Origin: Vicugna vicugna
Taxonomy: Eukaryota
Assembly (NCBI GenBank): GCA_013265495.1
Contig: MU058844.1
Span: 12,422,184-12,486,183 of the forward strand
Reading direction: 5' to 3'
Length of the DNA stretch: 64,000 bases
Below are positions 37,444-49,070 of the stretch, piece after piece (the stretch's first letter is position 1; every line of letters starts with the position of its first letter). The notes beneath the pieces were generated by a model, which was not told the origin of the DNA, did no database searches, and saw nothing but the letters and a program-made list of their open reading frames with translations. Both the position numbers and the translations under genes were made by a program.

Positions 37444-37536
37444 ATGGAGGTGAATTGTTTAACACTACACGATCTGATCAACCCCAGGCAGTCCAGACTA
37501 GATTTTGCAATTGAAGATGGGGAAAATGCACAAAAG
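37444..37536 (+). CDS. E2F7: E2F7 exon 2 (first coding exon, aa 1-31)
   Basis: cag|[37 protein letters not shown]|gtaagt; matches the recalled E2F7 N-terminus; 93 nt. Confidence 0.96.
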
Positions 37537-39074
37537 GTAAGTGGACTTAAATACCTTAAGTCCTGTCATATTTAGGATGGTGATGTCTATTTCAATTAAG
37601 TGTTCCAATGTGCCACTTGTATTTGTATTAATAATTAATTTTGGTGAACCTTATGGAACTATACTTTTTTTTCTAACGGAAGACGCATCCGACTGTTGTT
37701 GAATTTCTCAGTCATTGTGCAGTGGAAAGAGGCTACATTGGATGTAATGTTGAAACCAATTTATATGAATCAAAAATATGCTGGACACTGCAATCAAAAG
37801 TTTGTATTACTCGTAGTGTTTGTAGTTTGTAATACAGCCACTGATAGTTGTCAGGAGTAGAGCTAGCTAATGCTGGGCAGAAATGTTAAGCCTCAGTTCC
37901 CAAGAAAACAGACTCTTTTACTATAAAAGCGGGATTATTAAAGTGCAGTGAAATGTTCTTTGTACCAATGAACCAGCTCTTAGAGGCTGTTCCGTTCTCC
38001 CAAGAGCATGACCACTGCCTTCCATATAGGGAGAGAAAGCGGCTGAGCCCACCAACAGACACTTTGAATATTGTACAGTGCTACTGCTGGTTTTGCACTG
38101 AGCACTCCCTTGAGGTTTTACACGCCTTGTGATTAGTAAGACAGTGGTGGTGTCTTGAAGAAACATTACAGAGTCAACCAGCCATAGTGATACGTCCTAA
38201 GCGTCACCACCATATCCACATGGGCACAATGCTCACTCCAGCCAGCGCCCTGCTGAAAAGGTCCAAGAGCTTGTTAGTAGAGAACATCTAAGCATTTTTA
38301 GGCAGAGGCAAGTAGATATGACAAGCCTGGAATGAGAAACTGACTGTCTGTCTGAGCATAGCAACTTCCTTAGGCACTGAATTTCTCTAGGTTCCTGGGC
38401 TTAATTCTGGGTTTACCATCCAACTGCCTGGTTGCAAGGCACCTGTTATATGGGCCTTTGAAGATTACTTGGCAACCATTAATTTTGGATAGGTGTGAAA
38501 TTGTATGCTTTTTCATGTAGGGTTTTTTTTCCCCCTAGCATTCAATTTATTTTTATTTTTTTAGGAAAAGAAGTATACCAAAACATTATCATTTTAAAGA
38601 GGACTTTTAAAGACTTCCCTACGCCACATGAGGGTGGCAATGTCCAGACTTTATATATTCAGAGTATTTTGGCTTTGGGAATTTCAGAGCAGAACTTTTT
38701 GTTTTCCTTTATAATCTGGGTGGGACAGCCTTGGAAGAATGGGTATACTTTTATATATAGGGCAAATTGGTGTCCACCTCTTTTTTTCCAGGTCAATGAC
38801 TTTTAAGCAGGTGCCTTCAACAAGGGTACTTCTCCTGCTCTGGTTAGCCCAGTGAGTGCTGTGCGCAGTTGAGTTTTTGTATTTTAGTGGGTACAGAGAA
38901 AACAGCTCTCATAGAGACTGGGAAAATGGTTAAAATGCCTGAAATAGAATACTTAAGCAGGGATTATTTCAGAGGTAGCCAGGGAAGAGAACAGTGTTCC
39001 TCACTAGGAGGGGCTTTTGCCTCTCTTTCCACGTTGTTGTGAAGTAAAGGAAGGGGGCTATCTAGGGATAGTGA

Positions 39075-39300
39075 GAGTGTGGAATTTGGAGTCAGAGAGA
39101 TCTGGGTTTAATCTCCTGTTCTACCATTTATTAGCTATGTAACCTCGAATAAATAATATTTATTCAGTCTTTCAACAAATATTTATGTTCCAGGTGCTGG
39201 GAGTGTACACTGGTCTAGTAAGTCTCCTAGCCTCTCTAAGCCTATTTTCCTTCCATAAATTGGAAGTCATAAATAGCTCCTGCTGCTTGGGTGTCTGCAA
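39075..39300 (+). mobile_element. MIR fragment
   Basis: gtgtggaatttggagtcagagagatctgggtttaatctcctgttctaccatttattagctatgtaacctc. Confidence 0.6.
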
Positions 39301-39959
39301 AGCACGCAGCAACACATACTGCTCACAGCTTACTCAGTTGAACTGACAGCCCAAAGATGAATATGATGCAGGCCTGGCCCTTGGTTACCTGAGAGACTTT
39401 CGGGGAGTCAGATATAAAGCTTACCAACTAGACTATGATTTAGTAAGTACTGCAGTAGGAATAGAACAGTGTCCCGGCAGAACAGAGAAGTAAGGAGGAA
39501 ATGCATGGGGAGTCTAGAGAGAGTTGGCAAGCTTCACAGAGATGGTAATATCTGGGCTCAAGATGTTCAACCTACAAGGAAACAGGAGAGAGCAAAATGG
39601 ACATTGGAGGCAGAGTAATCAACATGAAGTGTGGACATTCAAGACATGTTCAAAGTTTCCAGAGTGGCCAGAAGTTTGTGGTGCTTCTGGAAACACTCTG
39701 TGGGGGTGGGGGGTGCCTGGAACCATGTCCTGTGAGTTAGCTGGTGTTTAGAGAACTTATCTTTCTAGACTGTCTACACATTGGTCAAGTTCTGTAGGTA
39801 TTATATTAAGCATGCAGCTTCCTGCCATTCGCAGAGAAACTTCTCTTTAAAACAAAGGAGTTTTCAACTTCATTACCCAATCTTACTGCACCCTGTTGTC
39901 AGATTATAAGCAAGACTCTCCTCTTAAGATGTCTATAGTTCATTTAAGAATGATATAAG

Positions 39960-40900
39960 TAGGAAAAGGGTGGTTGGGGATGAAGAGGTGAACAATAAGC
40001 CTGAGCTGTTGGGAAGGGTTTGTGAAGGGGATAACGCCTGAGCTAGGGCTTAAAGGAATGACTGCTGGGACTTGGGCAAGTGGAGAGGAAGGGAACTAGT
40101 AAAGAAGTAGAAATGAGGTTGGGACAACGTCTAGACATGGTGGGCATGGGTTTTCTTTAAAGGCCATTCATCTTTGGGGAGTGGTGAAGAAAGATGGTTA
40201 AGTTCAGACTTGAAGCATATATTTGTACCTGTGTGATCACAGGTAAATAAATATGTGCAAGAGGCCGTTGGTGGTGGCCAGATTTGGGGATTCATGGAAG
40301 ATCCTGGCTAGCAACAGACTTGGGAATTATCAACATACAGAGTGGCTCTAAAGCCTTGTACATGAGTGGGTGAGCTGCCCCAGAGAGCAACAGAGAGGCA
40401 TGGAGGGCTGAGGTCTGTAAGAGTGGAAAAGAGGAACCAGTGAAGGAGGCTGAGGAGGAACAGTCAGAAGTAGGAAGAGAACCGAGAGAGAAAGAGAGTG
40501 AGCTCAGAAGGACTGAGAGTTTTATGGAGCAAAGAGTAGTCAACAGTCTTAACCACTGCAGTGAGGCCAAGTGGGACATTCTGCCATTGATTTGTCAACC
40601 GAGAGGTGACCTGTGTCAGAGCAGGCTGTGGCGGTGTGAGGGACCCCTGGAAGACGGGCAGGGGAAAGCCCTCAGGGTGGACTACTCATTTCTAGAAAGT
40701 GTGCTCTGGGGAGAAGGAGAGTGGTTAGTCCATAGCTCGAAGGAGACGCTTCCTGACCTGCCTGTTCAGGTGTGATCCACTGCGGGGCAAGGCTGAAGAA
40801 AAGCGAGTGGACTGTTTGGGCAAAATGTGGGACCTGCAGGAGACAGAACTGGAAAAGAGGTCAGCACAGTATCACCAAGGGCTATGTAGTATTTAAGGTG
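39960..40900 (-). mobile_element. Degenerate L2 fragments
   Basis: Purine-rich L2-like text (gaaaagaggaaccagtgaaggaggctgaggaggaacagtcagaagtaggaagagaacc). Confidence 0.5.
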
Positions 40901-41202
40901 ACAAGATCAAAGCTGTATCTAAGACAGAAGCAAACTAGAACCAAGAGCTTTTAACCACGAAGCCCTTTCTATGGCTGCTGGCAGCTTACAGCATAGTCCT
41001 AATGCTGGTATAATTAATAGTAATAATAATGGTCATTTGTATAGCACTCACAGGTTACAAACCGCTTCCTCCCTCATTATCTGAGCTGATGCACAGGTTA
41101 CCTGCCACGGTGTGTTACTTCTATTTGCATACAAGAACCGGAGAAACTGTTTCCTGGGCACCCTCTCCAGGCCCTCTCTAACTGAAGAGGTGATTTCCAG
41201 GG

Positions 41203-41628
41203 TGTCGCACTGGATTTCCTCGCAGGCGGATCTAATGGGGAGTTTGGCGTGTGGGAGGTTTAGTTAGGAGTACCCTGGGGATCCCTGCCCGTTGAAGGGA
41301 AGGGAAGGCAGCAGAATTGGAGGAAGAGTCAGAGCTGCAGAAGTCTCAGTGGAAGTCTGCATTTACCTTGTGGGGAGATCTGGGATGAACCCTCGGAATA
41401 GTCCTGAGTCTGAGTCTGGGCAGGGGGGCTGGGCTTTTACACGTCAGTGCTGCTTCCCCTAGCAGTTGAGGACAGTATCAGCCTCTCGGGAAGGGGCATG
41501 ATCCGGCTGAGTCAGCCCTCTTCAGCCAAAGCATGAAGACAGTGTACTGTTGGGCCTTCCTTCCGGCAGCTGCGGGAATGAGTCAATCATTCCTGAAGAG
41601 AGCCAGGTGCATTCCAGTGTCCACCACA
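41203..41628 (-). mobile_element. LTR33-like ERVL solo LTR
   Basis: ggagtttggcgtgtgggaggtttagttaggagtaccctggggatc...gaagggaagggaaggcagcagaattgg resembles antisense LTR33. Confidence 0.6.
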
Positions 41629-42020
41629 CGGCTGGGCAGCCTTGCGGGAAAGGCTTATAGATATTTCCAACCTGAACCCCTTAGTTTATAGATCCAGAAA
41701 CGTCAGCCCAGACAGAATGAACAATTTGCCCAGTATCAAAAAGATACAGAGCTGAGACCAAAACAGGTTTCCGAATGCTCATTTGAATCCCCTTTCCACT
41801 GCCTTCTACGGTGTCAGGATAGCAGGATAGACAGATAGATGGAGCAGGGTGTGATTAGATTTCAGCTGACTTTCTGCCCACCTAAGATCTCAGAAAACAA
41901 TTTACTTGGCACTTTTTTTCTTTTGATGTAGAGGTGTGATACAGTCATAACCTACCACAGGACCTAACTCCCCTCCTACTTTAAGTGTTACTTAGATTGT
42001 AGTGAAAATATATCAAAGTG

Positions 42021-42132
42021 GTGGGGGAGGGTACAGCTCAGTGGTAGAGCACATGCCTAGCATGCATGAGGTCCTAGGATCAATCCCCAGTACTTCCATT
42101 AAAAATTTTAAATACATATATATTTATTTATT
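42021..42132 (+). mobile_element. tRNA-Ala-derived SINE (camelid Vic-1 type)
   Basis: gggggagggtacagctcagtggtagagcacatgcctagcatgcatgaggtcctaggatcaatccccagtacttcc plus AT-rich tail; TATCAAAGTG repeated at 42011 and 42133. Confidence 0.85.
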
Positions 42133-42879
42133 TATCAAAGTGCTAGAGGAAATAATCTGTCTGAGTTGCTCCTCTTGGGGGGAAAGTGGGAGCTCATTGT
42201 TCCTGGGAGGACAGGTACCACGGAGGCAGTAGAGGAGGGTGAATCTCTGCATCTTCTCAAACCTGGGCCACACCCGCTACCATGGGAATATCGTTTAGAA
42301 TAGATAATCAAGGCACAGTATTCCTTGAAGTCCCTGTGAGGGACAAGGCATTGTGCCAAAATTTGTGAGGGATGAGAGTTGTGGAACTCACTCCCTGACC
42401 CCCAGAAGTGCACAGTCTCTTAACAAGACAAGACACACGCCCAGGAAGTGAAATAGTGATATGATGTGCTATGTTATGTTAGCTCCGAGTGCCAGGATGG
42501 ATGGTAATAAAGAAGGGGAAAGGGGGAAGAGAACAGCTAAGTTTTATTGAGTGCTCACTGTATGCCAGGAACTCTTCTCATAACTCTTGAGGCTGGTGTT
42601 TTTATGAACTTCATTTTCAGTGGAGAGAATTAAAGCACAGTGTGGAGGAAGAAATTGCCCGCGCTCGCTCTAAGGCTAAGAGGCGGAGGCAGGTGAGCTA
42701 GCCCTCACAGCCTGCGTGCAGAGCTGCCTCGGCCCGCTGGGTACCTTTTGTTGGAACTGCGAAAAAGCTAACTTCCAATTCACACCCAGGACAAGCTTTT
42801 TGCTAGATGCAGAATTTCAGAAACTTCTGCTATCAGCTGTTTCTTGCATACCAATTGCTATTTGTTTAAGTTTCAATGT

Positions 42880-43255
42880 CATTTCTTACTGAGGTATAGT
42901 CCGTTTACAATGTTGTATCAATTTCTGGTGTACAACATAATGTTTCAGGCATACATATACAAACATATATTCCTTTTCATATTCTTTTTCATTATAGGTT
43001 ATTACAAGATACTGAATATAGTTCCCTGTGCTACACAGTATGAAATTGTTGTTTATGTATTGCATATGTTAGTTAGCATCTGCAAATCTCGAACTCCTGA
43101 TTTATCCCTTCCCACCCTCTTTCCCGCTTGGTGACTATGAGTTTCTTTTCTATGCCTGTGAGTCTGTTTCTGTTTTGTACATCAGTTCATTTGTGTCTTT
43201 TTAAAATTTTTTTGTTTAGATTCCACATACGAGTGATATATAGTATTTTTCTACC
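42880..43255 (-). mobile_element. L1 3' UTR fragment
   Basis: ttactgaggtatagtccgtttacaatgttgtatcaatttctggtgtacaacataatg; same family as the elements at 9308 and 20068. Confidence 0.85.
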
Positions 43256-43325
43256 AATGACTTTTATACTGAATGAGGTTGCATGTGACCTCAGGCAAGG
43301 AACCCTCCGTGGGCCTCAGTTTCTT

Positions 43326-43465
43326 TTTTCTTTTTTTTTCTTTTTTTGGTGGGAGGCGGTAATTAGGTTTATTCATTTATTTATTTTTAGAGGAAGTACT
43401 GGGGATTGAACCCAGGACCTCATGCATGCTAAGCATGCACTCTATCACTTGAGCTATATCCTCCT
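43326..43465 (-). mobile_element. tRNA-Ala-derived SINE (Vic-1 type) inserted into a MIR
   Basis: Antisense tRNA-like head and poly-T; TSD GG(G/A)CCTCAGTTTCTT at 43311-43325 and 43466-43480. Confidence 0.9.
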
Positions 43466-44173
43466 GGACCTCAGTTTCTTCATCTGTAGGCTAGAAAAAT
43501 AATTGGATGAAGAGTTAATAGGTGTAAAATACACGGAACAGGTCCTATGTGTAGCACATGGTCAACTGTCAGTACTTCCTCTTGTAGAAGACTTCATCAG
43601 AGTTGCACACTCACAGGGACTTGTTAAGAGACGTGAGCAGCTGCACTGCCCTAGGCGAGATGCCTACAGCTGCAGTGGCATGAGAAATTGTCACCCCCCA
43701 CATCTCCACTCCCTCCCTATTACACCAGGACAGAACCTCACCGTGGCTGGCTGGCAGCTTCGGATCCACACAACAAGAGTCAGCCTGCTAACACAAACTC
43801 CAGTTTCTCCCAAACAGTTCTTTTTCCCTCTTCACATCTTGCTCATTTGTAGGAAAATACTTGTTTTAAACCACTGCTCAGCCAAAATCCAAGCATGCAT
43901 AAGCTGTAGAGTGATACTTTGTGTGCAGGAAAGGGAGTGACAAATATTTAACTCATCCACCTTCATAATTATGTAAGGCACTATTGCCTGGAGGTAAACT
44001 TAACTTTGGGAAGAGCAGAAGCTTTCTGGTTTTAAATGGCAAAAACTTATTTAAGGGGAAAGAAATTTGTTTTAGTAATTTAGTCATTCTAAATGTAAGG
44101 TCTGTATACTCAGTCCTTTTGGCTTAATGGATTAATGGACCCATCGTTAACTTTTCCTTACAATTATCTGAGA

Positions 44174-44495
44174 CAGTCTACTCAAAGGGTGATCAGGGGC
44201 AGGTGCTAGTCCACGAACTATTACCAAGCAGCAAAAAATTAAGAACAGAACTTGAGAGTTTAGCACTTAGAAACCTCTATAGAAATTTGACTTTGCCCCT
44301 GTGACATCTACACCTGCGATCAGTGGTCTCTTCTTGTCGAACAAGGTGTAGGTCAGGGTGAATGGCAAACTCAAGTGGAAAGTCACATGTGATCGGAGTT
44401 GCATGAGCCCTAGGAAGTAAGATCATGTATCAGCCTGTGGGAGTTTAGAAATAAAAAACCCTGGTCCTTCACCATGGATAGTTTGAGCAGCACTG
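44174..44495. mobile_element. hAT-Charlie-type non-autonomous DNA transposon
   Basis: Terminal inverted repeats cagt-ctactcaaa ... tttgagcagcactg. Confidence 0.55.
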
Positions 44496-45012
44496 CTCTG
44501 GGGGAGTGACATCCAACAGCTAGCTGGTTTGAAATCTGGCTTTTTGTTGGATACTCTTCCATTCATTGGTCCTGCTAATTCCTATATTGGCACTGGTGAA
44601 CCTTGAACAAAAGCCTAATTGCTCTTCACTAGTTAGTGCAAACCTGTAAATAGTGCTTTAAAAAATATGTCACTCAGAAGCAATATGGACTCAATCCACA
44701 TTTGCCCTTATTGTCATCCCCAACTAGTACAAGCTTGCACCAGGGACAGATATCCTCGTGACTTCTTTCACAGAGATGCCATGAAAAATATGTTTCAAAG
44801 GAGTAGCACATCGTAATTGTTTTCTCATTGAAGCCACGCTTTGATTCCCACGAATCCTTCTATTTTCATTAGTCCTATCCTGATATTTTTTCAGCCCTGA
44901 ACATACAGTCTGTTTGTATTTTCACGTCTTAGTGAATGATGGGAACAAAGTGTACTCTTAGCTGATACCTGCCCTTCCTCGTTTTTGCTAAAAGGTCTTT
45001 TTATTTAAATAG

Positions 45013-45288
45013 GAAAACATATTTGTGGATCGCTCAAGGATGGCCCCCAAGACGCCAATAAAAAATGAACCAATTGACTTATCGAAGCAAAAGATCTTCA
45101 CTCCAGAAAGAAATCCCATTACTCCAGTTAAGCTCGTGGACAGACAGCAGGCGGAACCATGGACGCCCACAGCTAACCTGAAGATACTCATCAGTGCTGC
45201 CAGCCCGGACATCAGAGACCGAGAGAAGAAAAAGGGGCTGTTCAGGCCCATTGAGAACAAGGACGATGTGTTTACAGACTCCCTGCAG
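45013..45288 (+). CDS. E2F7: E2F7 exon 3 (aa 32-123; CtBP-binding PIDLS motif, several TP/SP sites)
   Basis: tag|[25 protein letters not shown]...[11 protein letters not shown]|gtaaag; 276 nt, phase 0-0. Confidence 0.97.
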
Positions 45289-46194
45289 GTAAAGAGGCTG
45301 TGCTCCTAAGGCTGTTCATAGAATTTTAACATTTTTAGTTGACTATTAAAAACTCATACAATTCTCAACTTTTTGGTTACTATTGAGTCAAAAGCAGTAC
45401 TCGACTTAATCTTTTTATTTATTTACAAGTGAAATGGAATTCCCATCCTCTGTTTCATTTTTCATAATGAGTGCTCTCTTTTCTTCCATGTTGATACTCT
45501 CTTGACCAGCATACATTTTTAAATGATACATTTTTTAAGCAATGATATTTAATAATTTTGATGTAATGAAAAATTTGGATTTTTTTTAACTCTGCCATGA
45601 ATTATAATTCTTGCTCCAATTTTAAGGGTAATAGTAACCTACAGATTTTTGAGCTGGGAAATTTTGTGATTCTCAAGTATGTTCAGTTCATTGTTTTAGG
45701 GCTTTACGGTTAAGTCATCTTTAAGTTAGCTGTCCTGTAGGGAACCAGGCCTACTGAATAAGTAGCATATCTATACTTTTTTTTTTTAAAAAATCAATGG
45801 TCAATAATTTTCACTCCCCCATCGAACTCTTTCCCAGACTTGCTAATGAAAGTCACTCACAGATCAGAGTGTTGTCTCCCATTTTTTTTCCTTTTGGCGG
45901 ATTTTTTAAGCTATAAAAATGACCAACATGAAGGAATTGGGAAGGAAGATTTAAAAAGTCCCAAATTACAACTTGAAATCAATAGAACAAAATGAACTGA
46001 ATCTGCTACACACTTCATTGTGGTGATAGAACCAACAGATTCCTTCATGTAACTAAATACAAATCATAGTTTTTAAGAGTAGTTCCTATGTGCTTAAAGC
46101 CAAAACTATTTCAGTTTGTCTTTTAAGTCTGGACTGTTCTTTGGCTTTTTTTCCATTTTATATTTGATGTGGAACGTATCATATAAGGGGGCTT

Positions 46195-46345
46195 TGTTTC
46201 AGAGACCCTGGGTTTAAATCACTACCCAGGTGAGTGGGGGGAATCACTGAAGGTCTCTGCACCTCAGTTTACTTATCTGTAAAATGGGGTCATGGTACCT
46301 GCCCTAGTTCCGTGAGGGCTATAAGAATTACATAACATTAAGTAT
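46195..46345 (+). mobile_element. MIR fragment
   Basis: ctctgcacctcagtttacttatctgtaaaatggggtcatggtacctgcc. Confidence 0.7.
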
Positions 46346-46834
46346 GCTTTTTGCATCAAAGGTATATAAATATTAGTTGTTTTTTTCACTTTCTTGACAA
46401 AATAACAAAGTGAATATCACGCAATAGGAATTGTTAGTGACTTCTTTCACGAGAGAACACTGTTGGTATCTTACTTTAATAGAACTAGTTGTTTATTTGC
46501 CCCTAAAACAAGTAAATTGTTGTTTTTCTACCCTAGATTTATTGGGAGATTTTTAAATGATCAGTCATTAGAATTGTTCCCTATGACTGGGAAGTAAATG
46601 CCTAAAATTTGAGTGGCTTTAAAACAATGTTTTAATATCTTTTTAAAATGAATTCTTCATTACCTTTTGCTAGACTGGTCATATAAAATCTACTTATGTA
46701 TGTAATATCTTTAATACTCTTGAATTTGCCCCCCAACCCAAAAACCAGAGTAATACTCAATTTATATTTACTTCTCCCACAAGGTAACCTCTCTCCACAA
46801 TGTGTATTTATTATTTCATTGCCTACTACAATTT

Positions 46835-46932
46835 CCATTTTGTATAAGAGACTTAAGCATCCACAGATTGTGATGTCGATGGCAGGGGTGGTCCTGGAAC
46901 CAATTTCTTGTGGATACTAAGGGATGACCATA
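46835..46932. mobile_element. Tigger3-like terminal fragment within an old L1 3' end
   Basis: ccattttgtataagagacttaagcatccacagatt...ggggtggtcctggaaccaat...ggatactaagggatgac; homologous to the right end of 57991-58290. Confidence 0.7.
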
Positions 46933-47806
46933 GTATGTAGTCTTCTGGGACTTGCCTTTTCAATCAACACACACCTTTAAGATGCATCTGTGTTCTTGCA
47001 TGTAGCTATAGTTTTCTCATTTTCATTGCTGTATGATATTCTATTACATGAATATACCACGAGTTTTTTATCCATTTTCCGGTTTGTAGCCATTTGGGTT
47101 GTTTCCAGTTTGGGCTAAGAAGAACTACAGTCGTGTTGAAGCTATTGAGATAATCATGTTGCTTTTCTCCTTGAATATGTTCATGGAAAAATCTTTTACT
47201 TTCTTGGGGCTTGAATTGAGCTTTTTTTAGAAGTGGGCTAGTAAGACAAGGGCACTAGTTTAATGTACTTAGAATAAGAAAGAAAAATGAATAATAAGAT
47301 TTAGCTGCCCTTGTTCATTTCCATCCACCCTTGGTCTATTGTGAAAAATAAGATTTTGGTGACACTGTGCAGGCTGGTACATCTCAGACTTCCATGTTAA
47401 GAGGACTTAACGCAGGCTCTTAGGAAAAGATAGGCTCTGATACATCTGGTCTGAGATGAGGCCTGAGGTTTTACATCTCTTAACGTGCTCCCAGTAGTGC
47501 TGATCTCCAGTGTAATGAACACACTAGGAGCACAGGTGTAACAGCCTACAAATGACTGCATTGTTCATTCATTTTTTAATTTAACCCCTAGACTCAGCCT
47601 CAGATTGCCAAAGAGAAAAAGTTCAATTCAGAGAAAACAGTAGGTAAAATGTTAAGAAAATTGGATTAGGAAATGTATTTTTACCGGGATCTAGGACAGT
47701 ACAGATGGGGATACTGCCCTCAACTCGCCAGTACCGCCCACCGCAGTTTCTCCACTGGGCTGTTAACAGTGACATCTCCCCCCTCCCTTCTGTCTGCTCT
47801 CTGTAG

Positions 47807-47975
47807 CTTGATGTCCTTGGGGACAGTGCTGTGGACGAATTTGAAAAGCAAAGGCCAAGCAGGAAACAGAAAAGCTTAGGACTCCTGTGCCAGAAGTTTC
47901 TAGCTCGCTATCCAAGTTATCCACTGTCAACTGAGAAAACTACCATCTCCTTAGATGAAGTTGCTGTCAGTCTCG
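47807..47975 (+). CDS. E2F7: E2F7 exon 4 (N-terminal half of DNA-binding domain 1)
   Basis: ctgtag|[57 protein letters not shown]|gtacgt; 169 nt; this frame is not in the ORF track. Confidence 0.96.
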
Positions 47976-48892
47976 GTACGTATCACTAGATCCCCTGGAG
48001 GCCTGTCTCCAGTTACAGCGGGAAACCGATTTCCTCGGGCAGGCCAAAGTCTCCAGATCGCCTCCTCTATTAAGTAGAGTCAGGACAGAGGAGCAGGTAG
48101 AGCTTTCTCCTGTCATCACCAAGTTTCTCATCATTATGCACAGAATTCCAGGGAGCCTTCTAGGCCTGAAGGTCAGACAAAAGTTTGGTTTTCCTAACCT
48201 TAAAATTTTTTTTTACAAAAGACTCACATTACAAATGAATATCTAGTATCTTAATTCCACCTTATTTCAGATAGACTAAAAGGACATTTAGAAATATCCT
48301 GCATATTTTAAAAGCAGGATAGAGTTCAGAACTGATGTTATTTCTGTTATAAAGCAAGGGCATTATATTTGAAGCCCTACACTGTGATATTCACAGCAAG
48401 TCTGCCAAACTAGAAAGAGCACATCTGGATATAACTCAGACAGCTAAGCCTTATAACAAAGAGGAATACGTGGATTCACATGGCATGGGTGGGTGGAATG
48501 AGCAAGGGTGTCCGGGCTATAAATATGTAGACAGATGATTCAGAACAGAGACCCCTGGTGGACACGGACTGCAATTGGTTTCAGGATGAACATACTGTTG
48601 ACAATCAGTAAATAAGGAGAAATCATGATGATTTCAAGGTGACAGTGTCCCCTTAAGAAACAAGGAGGGTTTACATAAAGGGGAAAAAAAGTCTCGAAGA
48701 AATCATCCCAATAGGCTTTGTGATAGATTAAATTTTTAGTTTGTTTATTAGTTCTGTATCTTCCCATAGCCCAGAGAATGTGACTCAGTAGATGACTGTC
48801 AACCTGAATTATTCAAACTGATGGCTAAAAAGATTTTATTTGCTGGAAATTGAAATAATGAGGATCTAATGTATTATGATAGGAAGATCACA

Positions 48893-49070
48893 GGCTGGAC
48901 TTTGCGTCAGAGAGAGCTGGATTTGAAGCCCAGCTATCTAACTTATAAGCTACGAGAGCTTTAAAAAGTTATTAATCTTTTCTCATCCCGAGCGTAGGGA
49001 CTATAGCACCTACCTTACAGAAACTTAGCAAAACTGGGGACAATGTCCGTAATGTGCCCAGCTCAGGGCC
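48893..49070 (+). mobile_element. MIR fragment
   Basis: ggctggactttgcgtcagagagagctggatttgaagcccagct...atagcacctaccttacag. Confidence 0.55.
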
